Below, piece by piece: positions 7,847 through 16,642 of a DNA stretch of 64,000 nucleotides. Made by a program: the position numbers and the translations under genes. Positions within the stretch are counted from its first letter, which is position 1. The number at the start of each line of letters is the position of its first letter. Below the pieces are notes generated by a model, which was given only the letters and a program-made list of their open reading frames with translations, did no database searches and was not told the DNA's origin. The DNA comes from a candidate division WOR-1 bacterium RIFCSPHIGHO2_01_FULL_53_15 (GTDB taxonomy: Bacteria > Margulisbacteria > WOR-1 > O2-12-FULL-45-9 > XYB2-FULL-48-7), in assembly GCA_001772335.1 (NCBI GenBank), contig METM01000020.1, positions 17,795 through 81,794 on the forward strand. The letters run 5' to 3'.

Positions 7847-8857
7847 TTATCTTGATGGAAAAACCAGCGTAAACTTCGAGCCCCGGCCGACTTCGCTCTC
7901 CACCCTGACCGAACCGCCGTGGATCTCCATGATGTGCTTGACGATCGAGAGGCCAAGTCCGGTCCCACCCTGGTCGCGCGAACGGGCCTTGTCGACCCGG
8001 TAGAAGCGCTCAAAAAGCCGTGGCAGGTGCTCGGCCGAAATGCCTGCTCCCTGATCCTTGACGCTGACTTCCATAGTTTTCTCTGCCTTGCGGCAGCCGA
8101 TCTCCACTTTGCCGCCAGCCGGCGAATAATTGACGGCGTTATCGACCAGGTTGAGCAGGGCACGATAAATGAGGTTCGCGTCCCCGAACAGGCGGCAGGG
8201 CGCCGGCCGCTCGATCATTATTGCTTTTGTCTTGAGCTTGCCGGCGAGCGTCTCGATCACTCTGTCAATCTCCTGGCCGAGCTCGACTTCGGCGAACGGT
8301 TCCAGCCCTCTCCTGGCTTCTAAGCTTGAGAGCTGGAGAAGGTCGTCGATCAGGGCGGAGAGGTTCTGTGTATTCTTATCTATCTTCTGGAGAAATTCAC
8401 GGTTGTGCGCCTGATCATTGATCGCTCCGTCGATCAGTGTCTCGACATAGCCCCTGATGGCGGTCAGCGGTGTCTTGAGCTCGTGGGAAACATTGGCGAC
8501 GAATTCGGAGCGCAGGTTTTCGAGCTTCTTGATCTCGCTGATGTCGTGGAAGATCAGCGCGATGACGGCCGGCTCGCCCTCTTCGGTTTCGATCAAGCTC
8601 ACCGAGCAGGAAAATATCTTCTCCTCGGGATAGATGACCCTGATCTCTTTCTCAAGCGGCGTATCCGCCTCTCTGGCCGCCGCGGCCAGCTCGGCTAATT
8701 CCGGCAGGCGTATTACCTCGAGTAGGCGCTTGCCGATGACGTCGCCGCGCGAGAGCGAAAAATGATCCAGGAATGATTGATTGGAGTAGATTATCCCGTC
8801 GGCGTCATCGATGACGATCGCGCCGTCGCGCATACCCGATAAGATCGCCTCAAACAT
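7847..8857 (-). CDS. phoR: Soluble sensor histidine kinase (PAS, HisKA, HATPase_c), PhoR-like
   Basis: The H-box is SHELKTPLTAIRGY, and N/G1/G2 boxes are present (DQGAGI, GGTGLGLSIV). There is no TM segment. The likely ATG overlaps the phoB stop (ATGTTTGA). Confidence 0.8.
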   Translation of the reverse strand: MFEAILSGMRDGAIVIDDADGIIYSNQSFLDHFSLSRGDVIGKRLLEVIRLPELAELAAAAREADTPLEKEIRVIYPEEKIFSCSVSLIETEEGEPAVIALIFHDISEIKKLENLRSEFVANVSHELKTPLTAIRGYVETLIDGAINDQAHNREFLQKIDKNTQNLSALIDDLLQLSSLEARRGLEPFAEVELGQEIDRVIETLAGKLKTKAIMIERPAPCRLFGDANLIYRALLNLVDNAVNYSPAGGKVEIGCRKAEKTMEVSVKDQGAGISAEHLPRLFERFYRVDKARSRDQGGTGLGLSIVKHIMEIHGGSVRVESEVGRGSKFTLVFPSR

Positions 8858-9537
8858 GGAATTTATAACCCACGCCGCGCAGGGTCTCGAGATGCCGTCC
8901 GGTTTTGCCCAGTTTATCGCGCAGGCGCCGTATGTGGACATCGACCGTGCGCGTTTCGATCGCCACGTCGATCCCCCAGACCCGGTCAAGGAGCTGTTCG
9001 CGCGAGAAGACCCGCTCTTTGTTCTCGGCCAGATAGTGAAGGAGCTGGAATTCCTTGGCCGTCAGATCGATCTCTTTTCCGGCGGACAACACGATGTGCC
9101 GGTCGGAATCGATCTCCAGGTCTCTGAACTTGAGGGTCGCCTTGGCCGGCTGGCCAACAATTGTTGGCTCATAGCGGCGCAGGATCGTCTTGACGCGGGC
9201 GATCAATTCCTTGACGCTGAACGGCTTTGTAATGTAATCGTCCGCCCCCACTTCCAGGCCGACGATCTTGTCCGTTTCCGACCCTTTAGCAGTTAGCATG
9301 ATGACCGGGATGCCGGATGTTTTGGGATTGCGTTTGAGCCGCCGGCAGACCTCCAGGCCATCCAGCCCCGGCAGCATAAGGTCAAGAATGATGAGTGAAG
9401 GGATCTTGCCCTCCGCCTGCCTTATGCCCTCATTGCCATCATGGGCCTTCATAACCTTCATTCCCTCTTTCTTGAGGTTGTATTCCAGGGTTTCGACGAT
9501 GTCTTTCTCGTCTTCAATAATGAGGATATCAGGCATA
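8850..9537 (-). CDS. phoB: OmpR/PhoB-family response regulator
   Basis: The receiver domain reads MPDILIIEDE...ILDLMLPGLDG...LTAKG. It is followed by a winged-helix domain with VWG and TRTVDVHIRRLR. Confidence 0.85.
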
Positions 9538-9558
9538 TAGAAATTATAGCTTAAAAAT

Positions 9559-9567
9559 GGTAAAATA
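9559..9567 (+). promoter_or_regulatory. Extended -10 element (TGGTAAAAT) 11 nt upstream of the hydG ATG, in the 40-bp divergent phoB/hydG intergenic region
   Basis: Sequence motif only. There is no Shine-Dalgarno sequence before the ATG at 9578. Confidence 0.3.
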
Positions 9568-9577
9568 TACATAAAGT

Positions 9578-10978
9578 ATGCCCTCATTTATCGACGAAAG
9601 TTTGATCCATGCTCTCCTCAAAGAACCAAAGTTCGCCTCGCCCAAGACAGCCGAAAATATCATACAGAAAGCGCTCATGCTCAAAGGGCTCTCCCTTGAA
9701 GAGACTGCCATCTTGCTCAACTGCCAGGACAAGCGGGTCCTCGCCAAATTATTCCGCGCTGCCCGAAAAGTCAAAGAAGCCATCTACGGCCGGCGCCTCG
9801 TCATCTTCGCGCCGCTCTATATCTCAAATTTTTGCGTCAATAACTGTCTCTATTGCGGTTTTCGCCGGGGGAACCTCGCGCTGGCCAGAAAACGGCTGAC
9901 GCTCGATGAAATAAGGGGAGAAGTCCGGGTCCTCGAAGAACAAGGGCACAAACGGATCCTGCTCGAGACGGGCGAAGAGCCGAAGGCCGGCATCGGTTTC
10001 CTGGAAAGAGCGATCAGGGCTATCTACTCGACAAAATACGGGCGCGGCGAGATCAGGCGCCTCAACGTCAACGCGCCGGCCATGTCGGTTGCGAATTTCC
10101 GCCGTTTGAAAAAGTGCGGGCTCGGAACATATCAGCTTTTTCAGGAGACCTATCACCGCGAAACCTACGAAAAAGTCCATCCCTCAGGACCAAAATCAGA
10201 TTTCATCTATCATTTATTCGCCATGCACCGGGCGCAGAAAGCGGGGATCGATGATGTGGGAATCGGCGTGCTCTTTGGTTTATACGACTATAAGTTCGAA
10301 GTTTTAGCCCTCCTCTCCCATGCCCTGGAGCTGGAGCAGCGGTTCGGCGTCGGCCCGCACACCATCTCGGTGCCGAGGATCGAGCCGGCTTCGAACGCCC
10401 CAATTGCCGGCAATCCCCCATACCCCATACCCGATACCGATTTTAAGAAGCTCGTCGCCATCCTGCGCCTGGCCGTCCCCTACACCGGGCTTATCCTCTC
10501 GACGCGCGAATCGGCCAAAATGAGGGATGAAGTGATCGGTCTCGGCATCTCGCAGATCAGCGCGGGATCAAAAACCGTCCCCGGCGGCTACAAAGCGTCG
10601 GAGAATAGGAATAGGAAGAGGAAGAAGGTTAGCGGCCAGTTTTCGATCAGCGACAACCGCTCGCTCGCCGAAGTGATCCGGGATATTTCAAAACGTGGTT
10701 ATTCGCCGAGCTTCTGCACCGCCTGCTACCGGCTGGGGCGCGTCGGTGCGGATTTCATGGATATGGCCAAGCCGGGGTTAATAAAAAACTTCTGTTTGCC
10801 CAATTCACTGCTGACCTATAAAGAATATCTGTTGGATTACGGGGATAAAGCGGCAAAGAAATTAGGAGAGAAAGTCATTAAGCGGCATTTAAAAGACATT
10901 ACAAACCGCAAGATCAAAGAAAAAACAATTGATAAACTGGCCGAACTGGAAACTGGCAACCGGGACCTGTACTTCTAG
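9578..10978 (+). CDS. hydG: HydG-type radical-SAM tyrosine lyase (the CO/CN-generating [FeFe]-hydrogenase maturase family)
   Basis: 466 aa. The N-terminal cluster motif is FAPLYISNFCVNNCLYCGF. A ThiH-like core follows. The HydG-specific C-terminal motif CTAC-x22-C (CX2CX22C) lies at FCTACYRLGRVGADFMDMAKPGLIKNFC. Confidence 0.8.
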   Translation: MPSFIDESLIHALLKEPKFASPKTAENIIQKALMLKGLSLEETAILLNCQDKRVLAKLFRAARKVKEAIYGRRLVIFAPLYISNFCVNNCLYCGFRRGNLALARKRLTLDEIRGEVRVLEEQGHKRILLETGEEPKAGIGFLERAIRAIYSTKYGRGEIRRLNVNAPAMSVANFRRLKKCGLGTYQLFQETYHRETYEKVHPSGPKSDFIYHLFAMHRAQKAGIDDVGIGVLFGLYDYKFEVLALLSHALELEQRFGVGPHTISVPRIEPASNAPIAGNPPYPIPDTDFKKLVAILRLAVPYTGLILSTRESAKMRDEVIGLGISQISAGSKTVPGGYKASENRNRKRKKVSGQFSISDNRSLAEVIRDISKRGYSPSFCTACYRLGRVGADFMDMAKPGLIKNFCLPNSLLTYKEYLLDYGDKAAKKLGEKVIKRHLKDITNRKIKEKTIDKLAELETGNRDLYF

Positions 10979-11010
10979 AAACCGAAAATTTATTAATTTA
11001 TCCCCCTAAC

Positions 11011-11286
11011 TCAGGCAGGCACTAATTCTCTTCGTCTGGTTAATTTTTTCATGCCTTCTGGGCTTAAGATCTTTAGCAACGGCACGTTAAATTGCTTGGC
11101 AAAAGTGTTCAATTCCTTGCCTGACACATGCACGGGGTTAATAAACTCAAACCCAAGAACTTTATTACGTTTGTCCAAATCGACATATATTTCATTTTCA
11201 GAATCCAGCTCAACTGTTTTACTAACCTTGCCTTCACTAACTTGAATATAAAGAAGCCCTTCCGACGCATCTAATGAAATTTGCAT
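11011..11286 (-). CDS. DUF2283-family small protein, a putative antitoxin-like partner
   Basis: 91 aa, reading MQISLDASEGLLYIQVSEGKVSKTVELDSENEIYVDLDKRNKVLGFEF, the DUF2283 pattern. It lies in an AT-rich island. Confidence 0.5.
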   Translation of the reverse strand: MQISLDASEGLLYIQVSEGKVSKTVELDSENEIYVDLDKRNKVLGFEFINPVHVSGKELNTFAKQFNVPLLKILSPEGMKKLTRRRELVPA

Positions 11287-11301
11287 CTTAACCCCTCCTT
11301 G

Positions 11302-11523
11302 TTATGCCCAATATGAAGTAATGATGAGAATAGAGCTGGCTTTCCGTAATTCGTAAACGACCCAAAGCAATTTACCATTCGTATTCCCGCATATCTTATG
11401 TCTCCCTTTTTTCTTTGCCGGGACAGAAGTAGTTTTGTTCTGTAGGGCGATTTTAATCTCGCTGATCTTAATTTTTCTTGAGCTTAATCTCTGCTTAGCA
11501 TGTGGAGTTAAACTGATTTTCAC
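11302..11523 (-). CDS. DUF4258-family small protein, a putative toxin-like partner
   Basis: 73 aa, with HAKQRLSSRKI, GKLLWVVYE and ILIITSYW, typical of DUF4258 paired with DUF2283. Confidence 0.5.
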   Translation of the reverse strand: MKISLTPHAKQRLSSRKIKISEIKIALQNKTTSVPAKKKGRHKICGNTNGKLLWVVYELRKASSILIITSYWA

Positions 11524-11567
11524 ATTTGTATTATATCACACTGCCAAGACATTGGGCGCGGAGAGGG

Positions 11568-12029
11568 TTAGCTATGCACCAGCGAAACTAATTGCATGCT
11601 CGTTTCTTTTAGTTTCAGCGAGATGATCTCCGCTAATTTGTTCATGACGAGGTAGCCCCGCCGGCAGTCGTTCTTGAAGATCTTCTCGACCAGCTCATCC
11701 GCGTTGAGCGTGATCAGCTTGACGTTGTCCAGACACCTGGCGTCGGAGGCAAAGACCTTGGGCTTGGCGAGCGACGGATAGCCGAACATCTTCCCTTTAT
11801 TTTCAGTGTAAACCACGGCCTTTTTATTAGGCCCGATCTCGATTTCGATCGCGACGCGGCCTTCGAGCACGAGATAGATCTTTTCGGCCTTCGCCCCTTC
11901 TTTATAAACGTAGTCGCCCCCCTTGAATTCCTCGACCCTGGAGAGAGCGGCGATATCGCCCAGCTCGTCCAGTTTCAGGAATTCGAACAGGTTCATCCCT
12001 TTGAGTATTTCAGGCGTAACTGCCGGCAT
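11568..12029 (-). CDS. Cyclic-nucleotide-binding domain protein
   Basis: The cNMP-binding beta-barrel pattern is present (FKGGDYVYKEGAKAEKIYLVLEGRV). It is the last gene of the hydrogenase operon. Confidence 0.6.
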   Translation of the reverse strand: MPAVTPEILKGMNLFEFLKLDELGDIAALSRVEEFKGGDYVYKEGAKAEKIYLVLEGRVAIEIEIGPNKKAVVYTENKGKMFGYPSLAKPKVFASDARCLDNVKLITLNADELVEKIFKNDCRRGYLVMNKLAEIISLKLKETSMQLVSLVHS

Positions 12030-12474
12030 AATTGACCTCCTGTTTGATCTTCTCGACAATTTCTGGCATCTTTGCCTCGATCTCCGAACTCAATGACTCC
12101 AAATGCAGAACTTGCTTCGGCTGAACCCCGATGATTATAACATGGCCAAAATCTTCGTTTAAGCTTTGGCCAAGCTTAAGAACCTCGAACAGGCCAAACT
12201 CGTGCAAGGAAAAGTTCCGACTCACCGGCAGCCGCAAAAGTTCTTCGGCGCTGAATCTCGCGATGGCGCCCGGCGCTTTCCCCATCTCGACCGCGTCGAT
12301 CACCACCACTTTTGGAAAGCCTTTGAGTGTTTCAAAGAGCGACAAACCTCCGGTCGCGCCGTTGACCACTTCAACTTCGGGGCCAAGGTCGCCCAATCTA
12401 TCAAGCACCAAAACCCCGATCCCATCATCCCCTAACAAAGTGTTGCCCAGCCCGAGCACCAGGGTTTTAGCCAT
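12010..12474 (-). CDS. hycI: Hydrogenase maturation endopeptidase (HycI/HoxW family)
   Basis: The protein reads LVLGLGNTLLGDDGIGVLV...VVVIDAV, the protease signature. Confidence 0.8.
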   Translation of the reverse strand: MAKTLVLGLGNTLLGDDGIGVLVLDRLGDLGPEVEVVNGATGGLSLFETLKGFPKVVVIDAVEMGKAPGAIARFSAEELLRLPVSRNFSLHEFGLFEVLKLGQSLNEDFGHVIIIGVQPKQVLHLESLSSEIEAKMPEIVEKIKQEVNYAGSYA

Positions 12475-13799
12475 CAGACAAAATCGACTTTGAGCATGTG
12501 GACCGAGCAGGAGATGCAGGGGTCATACGCCCGGACAAGCATTTCCAGAAGCAGGGTTATCTCTTCCTGCGGCCGGTCGAGGATCGTCGGCACGAGCGCC
12601 CGCATGTCGTCCTCAATATTGGCCAGGTTCTGGCCGGTCGGGATGACGCAATTCGCCCACGAGAGGAGGCCGTCGTCATCGATGCGGTATTCGTGGAAGA
12701 GGACGCCGCGCGGCACTTCAACGGCACCCACCCCCCAGCATTTCTTGACCGGCGGCAGTTTGGCCGACCAGCCGGCGATGGTCTGGCGCTCGACCGTCTC
12801 GTCCTTGAGCCCGCGGCGCAGCAGCTCCTCGATCAAATAGATCATCCGCTCGATATTGTGGACCGATTCGACGACCTGCGCCGCCGAGATCAGGTAAGGA
12901 TTATAGTTGGGCGCGGCAAGGCCGAGCTTTTGCGCCGCGGCTTTCGCGGCCGGCATCAGCTGGTCAGAGTTGATATTGAAACGTGAAAGAGCGCCCACCA
13001 TGTACGGCCGGAACGGTCCTTTGGCTTGTTTGGCGGTCGAATGGAGCACCACTTCTTCTTTGACCTTGTTCTTATAATCCCGGTGCCTGGTCTCGCCGGT
13101 TTCCGTAGAATGAATGATCCCGTCGTAATAAGCGTACTCGTCGGGATGTTTGAGGGCGACATAATCGGTCTTTCTCTCAAAAGCAGGGAATTTCAACGAG
13201 GCGAAAAGGTCAAGCGTTGGTGGGACATCATCGGAGAGCATCGTCTTGAGCTGTTTGAGCGCGTCCCGCAGCTGCGCTTCCGTTGGAATATGAGTGAAAC
13301 CGTCGACGACCATCGAGATCGGATGCGGGTGCCGCCCGGCAATGATCGTTACGATATCATCGGCTAATTTCTTCATGCGCAGGGCGCGCTTGACGACATC
13401 GGGATGGCTGGCCGCTAACGGAATGACGCTCGGCACGCTGAAGAAATCAGGTGCGACGAGAAAATAATAGTGCAGGACGTGTGATTGCATGATCTCGGCT
13501 TCCAGCACGGCTTTTCTTAAGAGCAGCGTTTGCTCCGACGGCTCGATGCCGAGAGCGTCCTCGAGCGCCCGCAGTGAGGCGGTCGTGTGGCCGACGGCGC
13601 AGATGCCGCAGATGCGGCTGGTGATCTGGGGCGCTTCGGGAAAGCGCCGGCCGCGCAGCATCGCCTCAAAAAAGCGCGGCGACTCGACGATCTGCAGTTC
13701 CACTTTTTTGAGCTCGCCGCTCTGCACGTCGATGACGATATTGCCGTGGCCTTCGACGCGAGCCACGTGATGGACATTTATATTAATGTCTTTTGACAC
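12474..13799 (-). CDS. hydA: [NiFe]-hydrogenase large (alpha) subunit, group 3b sulfhydrogenase-like
   Basis: The N-terminal motif is RICGICAVGH. The C-terminal motif is DPCISCSVH, followed by a cleavable MLKVDFV tail. Confidence 0.9.
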   Translation of the reverse strand: MSKDININVHHVARVEGHGNIVIDVQSGELKKVELQIVESPRFFEAMLRGRRFPEAPQITSRICGICAVGHTTASLRALEDALGIEPSEQTLLLRKAVLEAEIMQSHVLHYYFLVAPDFFSVPSVIPLAASHPDVVKRALRMKKLADDIVTIIAGRHPHPISMVVDGFTHIPTEAQLRDALKQLKTMLSDDVPPTLDLFASLKFPAFERKTDYVALKHPDEYAYYDGIIHSTETGETRHRDYKNKVKEEVVLHSTAKQAKGPFRPYMVGALSRFNINSDQLMPAAKAAAQKLGLAAPNYNPYLISAAQVVESVHNIERMIYLIEELLRRGLKDETVERQTIAGWSAKLPPVKKCWGVGAVEVPRGVLFHEYRIDDDGLLSWANCVIPTGQNLANIEDDMRALVPTILDRPQEEITLLLEMLVRAYDPCISCSVHMLKVDFV

Positions 13800-14551
13800 T
13801 ACTTGCCAACCTCCATCATCCCATTTAACATGCGGTAGAATTTCAAACTCTCCTCAACAGTCAAACCGGCGCCGGAGAGGGTCTCCTGATGGGCGTTGAG
13901 GTTCGGCTCCTCGACCAGCCCGCGGCAGCCGATGCAGGCGTTGCCGTAGCTCGGGCAGTGGGCGCTGCAACCGGCGCGGGTGACAGGGCCCAGGCAGGTG
14001 ATCGGCCTCTCTTTGTGGAACGTGCAGACGTTCCCCTTCATCTTGCACTGGACGCAGACCGGGAAGTTCGGTATATACGGTTTCTTCCCCTGCAGGATCG
14101 CCGTCACGATCTCGACAAACTCTTCGCCGTCGCGGTTCGGGGGACAGCCGCGCGAATAATAATCGACCTTGACGACGGCGTCGATCGGCTGGGCCAGGAT
14201 CGAATCGAAATTGGCGACCTTATCGCCGTAAACGGATTTTTTGATCTCGAACTGGTTGTCGAAGTTCCTGATGCAATTGATGCCGCCGATATGGGCGCAG
14301 GCGCCGAGCGCGATCAGGATTTTGGCCTGTTGTCTGATCGCGCGGATCTCCTCGATCTCGTGGACGGTGGAGAGGGCGCCTTCGACGATCGCCACGTCGT
14401 AATCCTCGCCCTTGTAGCTTGAGGCCTCGCGGAAGTTGACGACCTCAACGGCGCCGAGGAGATCGAAGAGCTTGTCGGCCATCGAGAGGACGACGAGCTG
14501 GCAGCCCTCGCAGCTCGTGAAACTGAAAAACCCGACTTTCGGTTTACTCAT
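13799..14551 (-). CDS. hydD: [NiFe]-hydrogenase small (delta) subunit
   Basis: It shows the FTSCEGCQ proximal-cluster motif and additional Cys clusters. Its start/stop (ATGA) overlaps the large-subunit gene. Confidence 0.85.
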   Translation of the reverse strand: MSKPKVGFFSFTSCEGCQLVVLSMADKLFDLLGAVEVVNFREASSYKGEDYDVAIVEGALSTVHEIEEIRAIRQQAKILIALGACAHIGGINCIRNFDNQFEIKKSVYGDKVANFDSILAQPIDAVVKVDYYSRGCPPNRDGEEFVEIVTAILQGKKPYIPNFPVCVQCKMKGNVCTFHKERPITCLGPVTRAGCSAHCPSYGNACIGCRGLVEEPNLNAHQETLSGAGLTVEESLKFYRMLNGMMEVGK

Positions 14552-14552
14552 A

Positions 14553-15374
14553 TTAAATACTTTCCGGTATTTTCTTGAGCTCGGCGTAGTTAAAGACCGG
14601 TCCGTCCTGGCAGACGTAGATCTCGTTCATCTGGCAGTGGCCGCACTTGCCGACGCCGCACTTCATCTTGCGTTCAAGCGACATCCAGATATTGGCATCC
14701 GCCAGCCGCCGGGCCTTGAGCTCCTTGATCACGAAACGGTACATGACCGGCGGGCCGACGATGACCGCCTGGGTCTTTTTTTCGTCGATCTCGACGCGGG
14801 GGATGAGCGTCGTGATGACGCCGACGTCGCCCTGCCAGTTCTCATCGCCCAGGTCAACCGTGATCATGCACTCAACAGTGCCGCCGCACTCCCACGATTT
14901 CAGTTCCCCCTTGAACAAGAGATCGCGCGGCGTCTTACAGCCATAGAGGACATTGATCTTGCCGTATTCCGGCCGCCGATTGAGGACTTCAAGGATCAGC
15001 GACCGCAGAGGGACCAGCCCGATCCCGCCCGCGATGAAGAGGATATCCTTGCCCTTGAACCTGGCGATGTCAAAACCGTTGCCGAACGGGCCGCGGATGC
15101 CGATCTTGTCGCCGACTTTCTTCTCGAGTAAGGCGTTGGTAACGTTGCCCACCTTTCTGACGCAGAGCTCGAAAGTCGGCTTGTCGGGCTCCGGCGCGGA
15201 AGAGATGGAGATCGGCGCTTCACCGATACCAAAGATCGAGACCTCGACGAACTGGCCCGGTTTGTGGCCGAGCGTTTTTCTCTCCGTCAACTCAAGCTCA
15301 AAAAAGGTCTCGAGCGGCGTCTGGGGGATGACTTTTTTAATGACGGCCAATTCCGGCGTATAAAGCGTTTTCAT
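14553..15374 (-). CDS. hydG: Sulfhydrogenase gamma subunit-like oxidoreductase with FAD/NAD(P)-binding and a [2Fe-2S] domain
   Basis: A ferredoxin-reductase-like fold is followed by a C-terminal CGVGKCGHCQ motif. The likely start MKTLYTPEL overlaps the beta-subunit stop (ATGA). Confidence 0.8.
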   Translation of the reverse strand: MKTLYTPELAVIKKVIPQTPLETFFELELTERKTLGHKPGQFVEVSIFGIGEAPISISSAPEPDKPTFELCVRKVGNVTNALLEKKVGDKIGIRGPFGNGFDIARFKGKDILFIAGGIGLVPLRSLILEVLNRRPEYGKINVLYGCKTPRDLLFKGELKSWECGGTVECMITVDLGDENWQGDVGVITTLIPRVEIDEKKTQAVIVGPPVMYRFVIKELKARRLADANIWMSLERKMKCGVGKCGHCQMNEIYVCQDGPVFNYAELKKIPESI

Positions 15375-16408
15375 ATTTTCCTCGAATAAATCTCGTTGGC
15401 GATCTCTAAGGGACTGACGATCTTTGTCAGGCAGGCCTTGATGCAGCGGCCGCAGCCGGTGCAGAACGACTCGCCCCATTTATCGAAGAGGTAATTGAGC
15501 TTGCGGTAGGTGCGGTGGCGCAGGCGGTGCGAGCGGTCTTCGCGGAAGTTCTCGCCCGAAGCGACCTTGGCGAATTCTTCGGTCATACAGCCGTCCCAGA
15601 CGCGGCTGCGCACTCCCTTGACCAAACTGACGTGCATGTAATCCTGCACGTCAAAACAATAACAGGTTGGGCAGACCATGTTGCACGAACCGCAGCCGTA
15701 GCAGAGTTTGCCGTGCTCCTCCCAGACCGGATGATCAACGTTCGCTTTCATCAATTTCGGCAGATCCTGATATTTCGGCAGGAGTTTTTTCTCTTTCTTG
15801 TCAAAGATTAAGTTCCGCTTTTTCCTGACGGCCGAAAGTTTCTTCTTATCGGCGGCCTTCGCCGCCACCGCCCCCTCGATCAGCGCCTCGCCTTTCGGTG
15901 TGGCCGCCTCGGCAGAGAATGAATTCCCGATATCGGTCAAAAAGAGATCGAAACGGCCTTTGGGATCGAGGCCGCCCAGGCGCAGGCAGATCGCCTCCGG
16001 CGAACATGGAGTGAGGCAGTCGACGCCGACAAGCGTCATCGCCTTGCGTTTTGCGGGGTAATTCGAGTCGATGTTCTTTTCCGCCCAGACGCGGTCCATC
16101 TGGCCGATAGCATTGAGATCGCAGGGATGGACACCGAAGAGTATCCTCTCTTTGACGGTATTGAGCCCGGTTATTTTGACCTCATCGTTGCTGAATTCAT
16201 AGGCCAGCAGATCCTCTGACTGCGGATATAAGAATTGTTTCGGCGGGATGACGGTTTGCGGCGCGCCCCAGACGATCTGGTCGGGTGAGCTGAGCGGGGC
16301 AAAGGCGGTAAAGTTCTCATGGGCGACCGGGGCGATGACCTCGTTCGTCTTGATCAGGTTTTCGATCAGATCATTGAGCCGCTCTTTTTTGACGATATAG
16401 TTCTTCAT
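15371..16408 (-). CDS. hydB: Sulfhydrogenase beta subunit-like Fe-S protein (AsrA/HydB family)
   Basis: 345 aa with two Cys clusters (CYGCGSCNMVCPTCYC and CTGCGRCIKAC). Confidence 0.8.
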   Translation of the reverse strand: MKNYIVKKERLNDLIENLIKTNEVIAPVAHENFTAFAPLSSPDQIVWGAPQTVIPPKQFLYPQSEDLLAYEFSNDEVKITGLNTVKERILFGVHPCDLNAIGQMDRVWAEKNIDSNYPAKRKAMTLVGVDCLTPCSPEAICLRLGGLDPKGRFDLFLTDIGNSFSAEAATPKGEALIEGAVAAKAADKKKLSAVRKKRNLIFDKKEKKLLPKYQDLPKLMKANVDHPVWEEHGKLCYGCGSCNMVCPTCYCFDVQDYMHVSLVKGVRSRVWDGCMTEEFAKVASGENFREDRSHRLRHRTYRKLNYLFDKWGESFCTGCGRCIKACLTKIVSPLEIANEIYSRKI

Positions 16409-16642
16409 TCACTCTACGCGGATCGACTCGAGCACCAGCTCTTCGCCGCTCGTCGAATCGATCTCCAGCCGGGCGGCTTCGGCCTTGGTTCCCCTCGCCG
16501 CTTCCCTGAAGAGATATTCTATATCATGCGGCCGGGCGTGGCAATTCTCGCCGACCTTCAGACGGACGGCTTCGACTCTTCTCCCCTCACAACGGGCCAG
16601 AACTTCCCTCAAAACGTCAGCGACCAGCTTTAAGCCATGCAT
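16409..16642 (-). CDS. HypA-like N-terminal nickel-binding domain protein lacking the zinc-finger C-terminal domain
   Basis: 77 aa, reading MHGLKLVADVLREVLARCEGRRVEAVRLKVGENCHARPHDIEYLFREAARGTKAEAARLEI, which parallels the HypA N-domain (MHE...). It stops without any CxxC pair. Its stop overlaps the hydB start. Confidence 0.45.
   Translation of the reverse strand: MHGLKLVADVLREVLARCEGRRVEAVRLKVGENCHARPHDIEYLFREAARGTKAEAARLEIDSTSGEELVLESIRVE

Noticed and set aside
13889-15131. 177-aa and 231-aa plus-strand ORFs inside the hydrogenase operon
   Set aside because: They are antisense to the small and gamma subunits. They are Asp/Ala/Arg-rich with no domain features.
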